Notes under the pieces: model-generated | Seen by the model: only the letters and a program-made list of their open reading frames with translations | What the model was told of the DNA's origin: nothing | The model's database searches: none | Part shown: positions 7,550-17,603 of the stretch, one piece after another | Layout of the letters: the number at the start of each line of letters is the position of its first letter | How positions within the stretch are numbered: position 1 is the first letter of the stretch | IMG/VR virus record: IMGVR_UViG_3300036805_000091 | Coordinates: 1-45,989 of that record | Source of the DNA: a virus | Lineage: Duplodnaviria; Caudoviricetes | Strand: one strand, 5' to 3' | Length of the DNA: 45,989 bases | Made by a program: the position numbers and the translations under genes

Positions 7550-9718
7550 TCACGACCCCATCCCCTCCACATCCCCCGGCTTGACGTAGCTGCCGTCGGA
7601 GACCACCCATCCACGCGCCTCCGCATACGCCAGCGCGGCCGCGCAGTACCCTCGGTCCCGCGATGCCAGCTTGTGCCGGACCTCGCCGATCCGCACGCTA
7701 TCTATCTGCCCCCGGACGTGCTCCGTCAGCTTCCGCGCGATCCGCTCGACAGCTATCGGTGCGTCCGCCTTGACCGTCTCGGCCATTGCCTGCCGGTGCG
7801 CGTAGCTCAAGTTCCCTGCCTCCCGCCGCGACTCGTCGGCCTCCTGCCCCCGTTCCACCAGCTCGTCCCGCACGGCGGCCGAGGTCACCCACAGCTGCTC
7901 GGATAGCTGCCAGTCCTCCATCGCGACCTCCGTACGGCCCTCCAGCAGCGCCAGCAGCCCACTGACCTTCAACCGGGTGACGTCGTACTGGCTGTCCAGT
8001 ACCGGCAGCTCCAGATAGCCCGTCTGCACCCGCCACAGCCGCTCATCGATATCAGCCGTGACGGCCTCCGGCACCGTGAGCACGGTCGGGGCGCTGTAGG
8101 CCAGCTCGTAGTGCGAGGGGGTCGGCACGACGACCGGCAGGGCCTCCCGGCTCCGTCGCGCCCGCTCTCGTGGCGCCTGCGGGTCCACCGCGGCCGCGTA
8201 GCCGAACCGCTGCGCCATCCCGGTCGAGCTGTCGGCCAGCAGCGACAGAATCGTTTCCTCCTGATACCCCGCCACCATGCCCAGGCTGTAACTGGCGGCC
8301 GGGAGCTTGCGCTTGCGCTCATCCGATGCGTTGGCCTGCCCGACCTCGGCCCCGGACCAGGCGCTGCGCAGGATCGGCCCGACCGTCGCCCCTGCCCGCT
8401 CCAGCATCCGGGTCAGGGCCTGCCCCTCATCAAGAGAGAACAAGGCATTGTGCCGGACCTGCGTGCGCTGCTTGACCACCTTGCCCGTCTCCGGATGCAG
8501 CGTCTCAATAGTCCCCATGAACGCCTCGATCAGCCCCTCCCCGCTGCCTAAGGGCCAGCTGGGAAAGTCCTCATGCGCGGGCAGCAGCGCGGTAGCCACC
8601 GTGATGGCCCTGCTCTTCCCGGCTCCGCTGGGGCCGACCAGGGCCGCGAAATAGTTAAGCGAGGCGATATCGATGCCGCTATCGATAACGGTGGTGTGGC
8701 TCCGCATCGCCGACAGCCGGGCCAGGATGGTGTGCAGCAGGGCGTCTGGCGAGAGCCGGGCCGACCAGGCCGCGTCCCGGATCAGGGCAAGGACCGGCCG
8801 CGCCTCCCAGACCGCGGGCTCCAGCGTGGTCAGCGGCCGGGCGGGCCTACCGGCTTTTCCCGGCGACCGTCCCAGCGTCGTGCGCAGCGGCTTGGCCGCT
8901 CCGTCGCTGAGCGCCTGGGCAGCCCACCGCTCGTCCTCATCCGAGGCCTGCCCCCAGCGCCGGGCGCAGGCATCCGTGATGGCCTGCGATGCTTGCTGGG
9001 GGCTGAACCAGCCCGCGTGCGCGATGCCCCCGAGGTACAGCCCGGCCTTCATGATGCCCAGGCGGGCCACGCTGCCGCTCTCCGGCCCGGTCGCAATGGC
9101 CTCCAGCAGATCAGACACTGTCGCGGACGCCTGCTCACGGGTGATCGGCGGCCCAGCAAAGAAGTCCGACACCGGAGAGGAGGCAGCCGGTGCGGTGGGG
9201 GCAGCTGGCTTAGCTGCCCGGGGTGCCCAGGGCAGTGCCAGCCCGGTCACCGGCACGCTGCCCTCGTAGCTCACCTCCGCGCCGTCGATGGTGTAGTGGC
9301 TGCCCGGTCCGTAGAGCTGCCGGGGAGCCGTGTCGATGCCGCCAGGGGCGTCCAGCGGCGTCCCCGGATCAGTGTCGGAGGCGACCAGCCAGTGGGCGCC
9401 GTGCGGCGTCACGACGGCAGGAGCACCAAGAAGAGAGGTGGCCCAGTCGGTGGCGATGGGGTTGTCGGTATCTATGACGTAAAGATCATCGGGCAGCCGG
9501 TAGAGGTAGGCGTTGGCCCCGAGCCGGATGACGGCTTCGATGTCAGACGGCCCGATGACCTCCGCATGCTGCCAGTGCTTGGCGTTGCCGAAGGTCACCG
9601 GCGGCCGCTTCTTACGCCGGTCCGGGTCCCACTCCAGCCGGACCATCAGCACCGGCACACCACGCCGGGTCAGGCCGAGTACCTGGTCATAGAGCTGGGC
9701 ATCATAGGAGATCGGCAT
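7550..9718 (-). CDS. Bifunctional primase-polymerase / helicase (prim-pol N-terminus, P-loop DUF3987-like C-terminus)
   Basis: VIDTD and TPHGAHW prim-pol motifs; Walker A GPSGAGKS; Walker B FSLDEG. Confidence 0.8.
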   Translation of the reverse strand: MPISYDAQLYDQVLGLTRRGVPVLMVRLEWDPDRRKKRPPVTFGNAKHWQHAEVIGPSDIEAVIRLGANAYLYRLPDDLYVIDTDNPIATDWATSLLGAPAVVTPHGAHWLVASDTDPGTPLDAPGGIDTAPRQLYGPGSHYTIDGAEVSYEGSVPVTGLALPWAPRAAKPAAPTAPAASSPVSDFFAGPPITREQASATVSDLLEAIATGPESGSVARLGIMKAGLYLGGIAHAGWFSPQQASQAITDACARRWGQASDEDERWAAQALSDGAAKPLRTTLGRSPGKAGRPARPLTTLEPAVWEARPVLALIRDAAWSARLSPDALLHTILARLSAMRSHTTVIDSGIDIASLNYFAALVGPSGAGKSRAITVATALLPAHEDFPSWPLGSGEGLIEAFMGTIETLHPETGKVVKQRTQVRHNALFSLDEGQALTRMLERAGATVGPILRSAWSGAEVGQANASDERKRKLPAASYSLGMVAGYQEETILSLLADSSTGMAQRFGYAAAVDPQAPRERARRSREALPVVVPTPSHYELAYSAPTVLTVPEAVTADIDERLWRVQTGYLELPVLDSQYDVTRLKVSGLLALLEGRTEVAMEDWQLSEQLWVTSAAVRDELVERGQEADESRREAGNLSYAHRQAMAETVKADAPIAVERIARKLTEHVRGQIDSVRIGEVRHKLASRDRGYCAAALAYAEARGWVVSDGSYVKPGDVEGMGS

Positions 9719-9826
9719 GCGGTATTCTCTTCTCGTGATCCGTCAGCACGGGTGACGCAGCGGTTCGGGGACCGGTGGAGCGTGGTCCCGAGCGTATCCT
9801 CTCGGTCGTTCGGGACCCCGCTTTCC

Positions 9827-10030
9827 TCACGGCGCAGTAGCTGTCATGGCCAGCCGGGCGTCCAGCAGGTCGTCGATGTCGCATTCGAATCCGTGGGTAT
9901 TCCGGATAACGGTGATAATGGCATCGATTTCGGACATTGAGGTCACTGAGTACTTCTTGCCCGACGTGCCGTTGATCCACAGGCACCAGCCGTTTGCCGC
10001 CGACGCCCGTCCGTAGAATTGACCGCTCAT
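9827..10030 (-). CDS. Hypothetical protein (MSGQFYGR...)
   Basis: Internal ATG overlaps the resolvase stop (ATGA). Confidence 0.5.
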   Translation of the reverse strand: MSGQFYGRASAANGWCLWINGTSGKKYSVTSMSEIDAIITVIRNTHGFECDIDDLLDARLAMTATAP

Positions 10031-10512
10031 GACCGGCCCCGAAAGGGATTGATCTCCGCGAGCGAGACATCGATCGGCGTCATCATCTCGGCAAGCCGCT
10101 CCGTGGCGTAGTCGAAGTGCAGCATGACGGCACCGCACTCGAACCGGGGGATCAGCGGCTGCGCACCACTGATCAGCCAGGCCGCGTCGAAGGGTGCCAG
10201 CCACACCCGCCAATCGGGCGCGGGCTTGCGCACCACGCGCTCGACAAGCCAGCCCATGTCACCCGGCCGGCGCTGGTGGCCAAGCTTGGCCACCAGCGCC
10301 TCCACCTCGCCACGGGTCAGCGGAGTAGCCCAGCACTTGACCTCGATCGTGACCGGCGCCGTGGCCAGCACGATGTCGCCCTCATCATGGACGTCACGGG
10401 TGCCGGTGCGGACCTCCCGCCGGGCGGGAATGCCATGCGCGGTGAGGTAGGCCGCGACGTCCCGCTCGGCCTGCTTGCCCTTGACCACGGCGCCTCTGCC
10501 GGGGCTGGCCAT
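10027..10512 (-). CDS. Holliday junction resolvase, PD-(D/E)XK type
   Basis: KGKQAERDVAAYL...GDIV...TIEVK. Confidence 0.8.
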   Translation of the reverse strand: MASPGRGAVVKGKQAERDVAAYLTAHGIPARREVRTGTRDVHDEGDIVLATAPVTIEVKCWATPLTRGEVEALVAKLGHQRRPGDMGWLVERVVRKPAPDWRVWLAPFDAAWLISGAQPLIPRFECGAVMLHFDYATERLAEMMTPIDVSLAEINPFRGRS

Positions 10513-10766
10513 CAGGCATCGACGATCGCGTAGGTGTGCGGACCGGTGTGAGCATCGCGGAAATAGCAGTACCGCCCGTGGCTGATCGCGCCACAAAGCC
10601 GGGACGGGGCCCCATCAGCGGGTGCCGACTGGCGCCAGCCTGCGGCAATGAGGCGGGCCGCCGTCAATGCCACGTCGCTGCACGCAGTACAGCTAGCGGG
10701 CAGCCAGGGCAGCGACGGCTGGTCGGGGTGAGCGATAGCGGCGGCCAGGGTATCCAGGTCGGTCAT
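10512..10766 (-). CDS. Hypothetical protein (Cys/His motifs)
   Basis: 84 aa; RBS GAGGAG upstream. Confidence 0.6.
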   Translation of the reverse strand: MTDLDTLAAAIAHPDQPSLPWLPASCTACSDVALTAARLIAAGWRQSAPADGAPSRLCGAISHGRYCYFRDAHTGPHTYAIVDA

Positions 10767-10839
10767 CGGGGAACGCTCCTCTTGTCTCGAAGTGACGCTT
10801 ACTGTACCCTACTGGCAGGAGCAAGGAAAGGACCAGGCA

Positions 10840-11112
10840 GTGGACCCCAAGGGCAAGATCACATTCGCGGCGGGCTTCCCCATGCGGCAGCGCCCCGGAG
10901 TCCAGGCATTCACGCCATGGACAAAGCCAGACCGGTGGCTGACCCGCGATGAGGCCGCTGCCTACCTCCAGGTAGACCGGCGCACGGTAGACCGCTACGT
11001 CCGCGACCGGCTGCTGACGGCCTACCGGGGACCCGTCCCGGGCTCGCTGCGCGGCACGCGGGTACTGCGCTCGGACGTCGAGCGCTTCGCGGGCAATCAT
11101 CAGGAGGGCTGA
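10840..11112 (+). CDS. Excisionase-like winged HTH DNA-binding protein (start uncertain)
   Basis: WLTRDEAAAYLQVDRRTVDRYVRDRLLTAYR...RVLRSDVERF. Confidence 0.8.
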   Translation: MDPKGKITFAAGFPMRQRPGVQAFTPWTKPDRWLTRDEAAAYLQVDRRTVDRYVRDRLLTAYRGPVPGSLRGTRVLRSDVERFAGNHQEG

Positions 11113-11115
11113 CCG

Positions 11116-11367
11116 ATGACCAACGAAGACGAGCTTGATCTCTTCGTAGCCCAGCTGGCCGAGCGTGGCGTCACGGATAGGTTCGGCTGGATGCGGGACG
11201 CGCAGGGCGCGCACCACAAGACCCGCAGTTACGTCGAACAGCTGTGCGAGTTAGTGCAGGCTGACGCCCACGGGCAGGGGTACGACGCTGGTTTCATCGA
11301 CGGGCGCAGCGAGGGCTACGCGGTCGGATGGGACGACGCGACCGACGCAGCGCTGGGCACGGAGTGA
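11116..11367 (+). CDS. Hypothetical protein
   Basis: RBS GGAGGG; GYDAGF/EGYAVGW repeats. Confidence 0.65.
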   Translation: MTNEDELDLFVAQLAERGVTDRFGWMRDAQGAHHKTRSYVEQLCELVQADAHGQGYDAGFIDGRSEGYAVGWDDATDAALGTE

Positions 11368-11370
11368 ACC

Positions 11371-13293
11371 ATGCGCTTCACGATCGAAGCCGAGACCGGC
11401 ACGCTGGGCTGTACCTTCGTGCAGACTGCCGACGAACTCGCGCAGTGGACAGCCTGGATGGCCGGACAGGCCGGCGTGCTGCTCGGCCTGGACTGCGAGA
11501 CCAACGCCCACGACGCCTGGGACCCGCAGTTCCGGCTCCGACTGATCCAGATCAGCGACGGCCGTCAGGCGTGGCTGCTGCCCGAGCCCTTCCCAGCTGA
11601 CGTCGCTGGAGTCATCCGGGCACATCCGCGTTTCGTCGCGCACTTCTCGGAGAACGAGATCAAGTTCCTCAGCCGGGGCCTGCCGGGCTCCGTCCGGCTG
11701 GGAGATCTTGACCCGCACATCATCGATTGCCAGGTGGTCCAGGCGATTGCCGAGCCCCGCACGCTCGCCCAGATGAAGGACGGCATCGACCCGCGGCTGC
11801 GCCTGGAGAAGGGCCTCAAGGCGTCTGTCGCGCGGGAGTTCGGACCGGCCCTGCAGAAAGCGGAAGGCGTCCTGACCGACCGCTTCCGGGAGCTGGCACC
11901 GGTGGGCAGCAGGACCCCGAAAGCGGCCAAGACGTGGGGCTTCCGCAACGTCCCCATCGACGATCCGGCCTACCTGGCCTACGGCGCGCTCGACGCCTGG
12001 GGCGTCAAAGTGCTGCATGACACCTACGAGGCCCGGTTGACCGGGGCGCAGGTAGCTGAGTACGGGCGCGAGATCACCCACCAGTGGGACATCGATAACA
12101 TGACCTACCGGGGCATGCCGGTGGACCCCGGGTACGTCCGGTGGCTCGCCGATCAGCTGGAGACGGTCACCGCAGACAACACCCTGGCACTGATGGCACG
12201 CGGCATCGGGCCGTCCGGCATGGGACCGAAGGTCGGGGTCGCGCTCGTTGAGGCAGGAGCGGAGCCGCGCGACAGCTACGACAAGGACGCGCTGCGCGAC
12301 ATCGTGGCGGCTGGCGCTCCGCAGGCCGCCGTCGAGCTGGCCCAGCGGGTACAGGCGGTCCGGCGAGCGGGCAAGTTCCGCTCTGCCTACGTCGGGCCGA
12401 TGCTGGCGGCAGCCCAGCGCGACGGCCGTCTGCACCCCTCGTTCCGGTCCCTGGGCACCGTGACCGGGCGCAACAGTGCCGCTGACCCGCCGGTCCAGCA
12501 GCTGCCGAAGAAGGACACCCGAGTCCGGGCCGCGGTCACCGCACCGGACGGCTGGACCATCGTGTCGGCCGACCTGGCACAGGGCGAGCCACGGGTGATG
12601 GCAGGGCTGAGCGGCGACCCGAACCTGATCGCGGCCCTGGCCTCTGGCGACCTCAACTCGGCCATTGCCCAGCTGACCTACGGCGAGGAGTACAGCCCGG
12701 CCGAGGGTAAGCAAGAGGGCACCGCAAGCTACCTGCTGCGCCAGCGCGCCAAGGCTGGCCTGCTGGCCACCTGCTACGGCGCGGGGGTGCGCAAGCTCGC
12801 GGCCACCCTGGGCGTGCCGGTGGCCGAAGGGCAGAAGATCCTGGACCGGTGGCGGGCAGCCTACGGCGAGATGTTCGCCCGGTTCGACCGGATCAACCGG
12901 CAGGCGTACGCCGTGCTGCCCAGCGGCCGTCATGTCACGCTGTGGGACCGCAAGACGGTACTCCCGGACGGCCGGGTCATCACCCGAGCCAAGCCAAGCC
13001 GCAACGGGGGCAACGTCGAGACGCAGGGCCACCAGGCCGACATCCTCAAGGCGGCCTGGCGACGGCTCCGGGACCGGTGGGCCTGGGCATTGATGATGTT
13101 CGTACATGACGAGATCGTGCTACTGGTCCCCGAGCGGATGGCGCAGCAGGCAGTGGCTGATCTTGTCGAGGCGATGACCATGCCCATCGGGCATGGCGTG
13201 CTGATGCTGGCGGAAGGGACGATCAATGGACGCACCTGGACCCGGCGGCCAAGCGACTTCGACGAGCGTGAACTCGCTGCGGTTGATGAGTAG
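11371..13293 (+). CDS. polA: DNA polymerase family A with 3'-5' exonuclease domain
   Basis: Exo I GLDCET, Exo III YGALDA; TVTGRNS; motif A SADLAQGEPR; motif B RQRAKAGLLATCYG; motif C VHDEI. Confidence 0.93.
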   Translation: MRFTIEAETGTLGCTFVQTADELAQWTAWMAGQAGVLLGLDCETNAHDAWDPQFRLRLIQISDGRQAWLLPEPFPADVAGVIRAHPRFVAHFSENEIKFLSRGLPGSVRLGDLDPHIIDCQVVQAIAEPRTLAQMKDGIDPRLRLEKGLKASVAREFGPALQKAEGVLTDRFRELAPVGSRTPKAAKTWGFRNVPIDDPAYLAYGALDAWGVKVLHDTYEARLTGAQVAEYGREITHQWDIDNMTYRGMPVDPGYVRWLADQLETVTADNTLALMARGIGPSGMGPKVGVALVEAGAEPRDSYDKDALRDIVAAGAPQAAVELAQRVQAVRRAGKFRSAYVGPMLAAAQRDGRLHPSFRSLGTVTGRNSAADPPVQQLPKKDTRVRAAVTAPDGWTIVSADLAQGEPRVMAGLSGDPNLIAALASGDLNSAIAQLTYGEEYSPAEGKQEGTASYLLRQRAKAGLLATCYGAGVRKLAATLGVPVAEGQKILDRWRAAYGEMFARFDRINRQAYAVLPSGRHVTLWDRKTVLPDGRVITRAKPSRNGGNVETQGHQADILKAAWRRLRDRWAWALMMFVHDEIVLLVPERMAQQAVADLVEAMTMPIGHGVLMLAEGTINGRTWTRRPSDFDERELAAVDE

Positions 13294-13924
13294 ACCGACG
13301 CTACTTGATCTATTCTGCTGCGCTGGTGGTGCGGCCATGGGGTACTATCGTGCCGGTTTTGATATTGTCGGCGTTGATATCAACCCACAGCCGCGCTATC
13401 CCTTCACATTTATTCAAGCTGACGCATTGGTATTCGCGCGCGATATGGGGTGGGCGTTCGACGCCATCCACGCGTCTCCGCCGTGTCAGGATCACAGCCC
13501 ATTAAGATCACGAGCCGGAGTGCATGGCACCGCGCACCTACTATCGGATACCCGGGACCTGCTACTGACGATGACAGCACCATGGATCATCGAAAATGTC
13601 ATGGGCGCGCCGATGCGGCGCGACCTCATGCTCTGCGGTGAGTGGTTCGGGCTCCGGACTGTTCGCCACCGGCGGTTCGAGCTGAGCGGATTCACTGTTG
13701 ATCAGCCACCGCACCCAAACAAACATAAAGCGCCAACATCGACTAAAAATCGAGTGGCGTGTCTGGCTGCTGGATATAATATTTCAGTGACTGGCGACGT
13801 CGGTGTGCACGTAGGCCCGCTTGCTATGGGCATCGACTGGATGCGCGGTGATGAGCTGTCCCAGGCTATCCCTCCTGCGTACACCGAATATATCGGTCAG
13901 TACCTCATGAAGGGACTGCGATGA
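13286..13924 (+). CDS. DNA (cytosine-5) methyltransferase, compact
   Basis: LLDLFCCAGG, HASPPCQ, IIENV, ELSQAIPP; ATG 13286 overlaps the polA end. Confidence 0.88.
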   Translation: MSRPTLLDLFCCAGGAAMGYYRAGFDIVGVDINPQPRYPFTFIQADALVFARDMGWAFDAIHASPPCQDHSPLRSRAGVHGTAHLLSDTRDLLLTMTAPWIIENVMGAPMRRDLMLCGEWFGLRTVRHRRFELSGFTVDQPPHPNKHKAPTSTKNRVACLAAGYNISVTGDVGVHVGPLAMGIDWMRGDELSQAIPPAYTEYIGQYLMKGLR

Positions 13925-15513
13925 CTATCACGCTGCGGCCCTACCAGTCAGCGGCACTCGATGCGCTGGACGCCGACTGGAAGGCGGGGCTGCGCTGCCT
14001 GGGGGTGTCCGCCGCGACCGGCACCGGCAAGACGGTCATCATGAGCCACCTGGCCCACCGCTCCGTCGCCCGCGGGCACCGTGTGCTCATCCTGGTGCAC
14101 CGGGATGAGCTGGTCCGCCAGACCGTGGACAAGCTCATGCGGGTGGACAAGACGATCAGCCTCGGCATCGTGAAGGCGGCCCGCAACGGCGCGGCGGCGC
14201 GCATCGTGGTGGCCTCCGTCCAGACGGCGGCCAGGCCCCGGCGGCTGGCGCAGCTCGGCCGCTTCGGCCTGGTCATTTGCGATGAGGCGCACCGGTCGGT
14301 GTCGGACCAGTGGCTGACGGTCCTGCGCGGCCTGGGCTGCCTGGACGAGACCGGCACGGTCAGGACCGCGGGCTTCTCCGCCACCTGGACGCGGGCCGAC
14401 AAGCGCAGCCTGGGTGAGGTCTGGCAGAAGATCAGCTTCGAGCTGCCGGTGAGCTGGGCAATCGATCAGGGCTTCCTGGTCCGTCCGGTAGGCCGGTACA
14501 TCATGACCGACATCGACCTGGACATGATCAAGAAATCGCACGGCGACTATGACGCGGGTGATCTTGGCCAGAAGCTGAACAAGGACGCGACCCGTGACGC
14601 CATCGTCACGGCCTACCTCGAACACGCGGCCGACCGGTCTGGAGTGATCTTCGCGCCGACCGTCGAGACGGCCGAGTTCTTCCGCGAGGGCCTGACCGCG
14701 GCAGGCATCTCGGCCGAAGGACTCTACGGCGTCACGTCAACCGAGGAATCCCGGCTGCGGCACAAACGGCACGAGTCCGGCCAGACACAGGTGCTGGTGA
14801 GCTGCACCCGGCTGTCTGAGGGATGGGACGCGCCCTGGTGCTCGGCCGCCGTCATCGCCCGGCCAACGACACACGAGGGCCTGTTCGTCCAGATGGTCGG
14901 CCGTATCCTCCGTCCCTATCCGGGCAAGAGCGATGCGATCATCCTGGACCCGACCGGGGTGCTGTTCCGGCACCGGCTCAACGGCGTGATCGATCTGTCC
15001 GAGACGGAGTTGCCCCGCGGCAAGCACCGGGACGACGATGACGAAATCGTGGACGATGACCTGGGCGCCGGCCCGGTGGACGACGGGGTGTCGGCCACGG
15101 TCGTCGGGCACCGGGATGTCGCGCTGATCGACGAGCCCTGGCTGCGCACGCCCGGCGGCATCCGGCTGACCCCCATCGGCAGCGCGCACATGCGCTTCCT
15201 AGTCGGCCCCGAGCAGGGCCTGCATCGCTGGTGGGTCGGTGAGGCGCCGGTCGACTCACTCAAGGGCGGCGCGTGGGCCGGGTCCTACGCCACCGAAGCC
15301 GAAGCGCTGCTCATGCTGCCCGACCGGCGCAGCGCCGTACCCCCGCGGCTCCGGGACAAGGCCCCCACGCCAAGCCAGCGGCGAATCGCGTTACGGCATG
15401 GCATCAGCACCCGTGGCAGCACGGTCGGTAGCCTGCATCAGGAATTGGTGCTGGCTATTGCCGGGGCAAACCTGGATAGCGTACAGTCATGGACAGATGA
15501 GTACAGTAAATGA
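13921..15513 (+). CDS. SF2 DEAH-box helicase
   Basis: LRPYQ, ATGTGKT, DEAH, SAT, LSEGWDAP, QMVGRILR. Confidence 0.92.
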   Translation: MTITLRPYQSAALDALDADWKAGLRCLGVSAATGTGKTVIMSHLAHRSVARGHRVLILVHRDELVRQTVDKLMRVDKTISLGIVKAARNGAAARIVVASVQTAARPRRLAQLGRFGLVICDEAHRSVSDQWLTVLRGLGCLDETGTVRTAGFSATWTRADKRSLGEVWQKISFELPVSWAIDQGFLVRPVGRYIMTDIDLDMIKKSHGDYDAGDLGQKLNKDATRDAIVTAYLEHAADRSGVIFAPTVETAEFFREGLTAAGISAEGLYGVTSTEESRLRHKRHESGQTQVLVSCTRLSEGWDAPWCSAAVIARPTTHEGLFVQMVGRILRPYPGKSDAIILDPTGVLFRHRLNGVIDLSETELPRGKHRDDDDEIVDDDLGAGPVDDGVSATVVGHRDVALIDEPWLRTPGGIRLTPIGSAHMRFLVGPEQGLHRWWVGEAPVDSLKGGAWAGSYATEAEALLMLPDRRSAVPPRLRDKAPTPSQRRIALRHGISTRGSTVGSLHQELVLAIAGANLDSVQSWTDEYSK

Positions 15514-15707
15514 CATTGGATCGAGGGCAATGGATCATGGATAACGGACAGCTGTACATCACCCGCGAACATCATGAAGCGGATATCGCGCGCCTCCAGG
15601 CAACGCTCGATGACGTCTACGCCTCCCTGGAGCTGCTGGCGCACGCCGTGCTGCACCTGCATGGCGAGTGCCCGGACCACCATACCGAGTCTGCCGTCAG
15701 ATCATGA
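15510..15707 (+). CDS. Hypothetical protein
   Basis: ATGA overlaps on both sides. Confidence 0.6.
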   Translation: MTLDRGQWIMDNGQLYITREHHEADIARLQATLDDVYASLELLAHAVLHLHGECPDHHTESAVRS

Positions 15708-16009
15708 GCGCGGCCGCGAGACAGCAATCCTGCGCAGCCTGCGGGCGCCCGTTCGCACCGGACGACGTGACCAACGTCGAGCCCCTGGTGGTCACCGGGG
15801 ACCAGGTGCGCTACGTCGCCACGCACGAAGGGGAGTCCACGTTCCATCACGCGCGCTTCCTTGTGCGGGAGGCGGCTCATGACGGGCAGCGGTTCACCGT
15901 GATCGACACCAGTACATCCGAAACCGTCGGCCGATTCTGGACCCGTGGCGGCGCGGATGGCTACGCCCATCTGCTGGAGGGCGACTACCGGAGAGGCACG
16001 CGTTCGTGA
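15704..16009 (+). CDS. Hypothetical protein (CAAC motif)
   Basis: ATG coupled to the upstream stop. Confidence 0.55.
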   Translation: MSAAARQQSCAACGRPFAPDDVTNVEPLVVTGDQVRYVATHEGESTFHHARFLVREAAHDGQRFTVIDTSTSETVGRFWTRGGADGYAHLLEGDYRRGTRS

Positions 16010-16161
16010 TCAAGAAGAACCAGCCGCCTGAATCGCCCGGCGAAAAGGCCGCGCGGAAGAACCAGCGAGATCTTGAAGACGATCCGGAACGCACACAGAA
16101 GGTCAACCGGGCCTGGATCGCAGCCGCCAAGTACCTCGCCAAAGAACGACGGAAGAAGTAG
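16006..16161 (+). CDS. Small basic hypothetical protein (51 aa, MIKKNQPPES...)
   Basis: Manual translation; GTGA overlap; fills the gap. Confidence 0.55.
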   Translation: MIKKNQPPESPGEKAARKNQRDLEDDPERTQKVNRAWIAAAKYLAKERRKK

Positions 16162-16164
16162 ACA

Positions 16165-17577
16165 ATGAGCGACTTCTGGTCCGAACCGGACAGTGGTCAA
16201 TTTGATCACTACGGCCGGTACCTGCTAGACGATGGCACTGGGCAGCGTGCGTGGACCAGGGTCACCACGATGGCCAAGACGCTGGAGGACACCACCGCGC
16301 TGACCGAATGGAAGACGCGCCAGGTAGCCATCGGTGTCGGGCGACGGCAGGACCTCGCCTACATGGCGGCCACGCACTACGAGGACAAGGCCAAGCTCAA
16401 GGAGGTTGTCGAGTCCGCCCTGGAGGCAGCCGAGACTACGGCTGCAGCCAACCTGGGCACCAGCTTCCACGGCTACCGGAAGCTCGCGCTGTCGGGGGGC
16501 GAGCTTCCGGATCTGCCCGAGCTGGCCACGGCGCACGCGGCCTACGTTACGGAGCTGACCCGCCTCGGCATCACTGAAGACTCTCGTGCCGAGCTGACCG
16601 TGACCAACAGGAAGTTCGACACGGCGGGCACTTTCGACGGGATGTACCGGCTCGACGACGGCACGATGGTCATCGGTGACATCAAGACGGGCAGCGTGCG
16701 GTACCCGCAATCCTTCGCCCTCCAGATGGCCGCGTACGCCTCTGCGGAGGTTGTCATGGTCAACGGTCAGCCATACGACTTCACTGGACAGGCCGACCAG
16801 ATCCGGGGCCTGATCATCGAGGTTGATGTGGCCAGGGCGTGGGTGATGGTGCACGAGATCGACCTGACTGCCGGTCTGTACGGTCTGGCCCTGGCGCAGA
16901 AGGTCCGCCAGTTCCGCAAGCGTGACGTCCTGACGCCCTACGTCCCGACTGGCCTGGCAGGCCCTGGACCGGCCGCAGTGGCACCGGTGGCCGAGCAGCT
17001 CACCATCGCTCGTGACCTGCTGACGGACAGTCAGCCCGATCCGGTGGTGGTAGCAAAGGACCGGCTGCTGCGGAGCGTGCCGTCCCGTACTGACGTCGAT
17101 ATGTCACTGGAAGAGGCCCGTGGTTACGGTGCTCTTGACGATCAAGACGCTGAAGCGGCGCAATCGGACGTCAAGGCTTTGATCAACAAATACCGCAGCA
17201 AGAGTGAGCTGCAGGCAGCGGCCAAGTCGCTGTCCGGTGATATCAAGTTGGCGCAGTATCGGCACAACCTCGCCACCGACATGGTGTCGCACCCGAGCTG
17301 GCCTGAGCACCGGAGCCGTTTACTTGACAGCCCGGCCGACGAAAAGTTGCCGGCCGTTTTGGCCGAACCACCGGCACCGTGGGTAGACGATCCGGAGCCG
17401 GTAGCGGCAGTGCGGGTGAACTCGGCTGAGGATGACCTTATCCTGGCCGTCAGTGAGGTCACTGAGGTAGCCGGGCTTGCGAAGATCTGGGACCAGGCCA
17501 TGGCCGATGGCGGTCCCGGATGGACTTCCCGGCTGGACCAGGCAGCACAGGTCCAGCGGAAGATGATCGAAGGATAA
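16165..17577 (+). CDS. RecB/Cas4-like PD-(D/E)XK exonuclease with long C-terminal extension
   Basis: RVTT...AANLGTSFH...AGTFDG...IGDIKTG...LQMAAYA. Confidence 0.82.
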   Translation: MSDFWSEPDSGQFDHYGRYLLDDGTGQRAWTRVTTMAKTLEDTTALTEWKTRQVAIGVGRRQDLAYMAATHYEDKAKLKEVVESALEAAETTAAANLGTSFHGYRKLALSGGELPDLPELATAHAAYVTELTRLGITEDSRAELTVTNRKFDTAGTFDGMYRLDDGTMVIGDIKTGSVRYPQSFALQMAAYASAEVVMVNGQPYDFTGQADQIRGLIIEVDVARAWVMVHEIDLTAGLYGLALAQKVRQFRKRDVLTPYVPTGLAGPGPAAVAPVAEQLTIARDLLTDSQPDPVVVAKDRLLRSVPSRTDVDMSLEEARGYGALDDQDAEAAQSDVKALINKYRSKSELQAAAKSLSGDIKLAQYRHNLATDMVSHPSWPEHRSRLLDSPADEKLPAVLAEPPAPWVDDPEPVAAVRVNSAEDDLILAVSEVTEVAGLAKIWDQAMADGGPGWTSRLDQAAQVQRKMIEG

Positions 17578-17603
17578 CGGACAAACAGCAAAGGATATGA
17601 CAA

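Noticed and set aside
10840-11112. Excisionase implying an integration module
   Set aside because: No integrase or att site nearby; this HTH family commonly acts as a transcription regulator
11251-13107. 618-aa minus-strand ORF (likewise 8573-9940, 23518-25053, 39892-41091, 41827-43038, 44763-45932)
   Set aside because: Antisense shadows of well-supported genes, with no motifs
16165-17577. Cas4-like nuclease as part of a CRISPR system
   Set aside because: No array or other cas genes; context is phage recombination/replication
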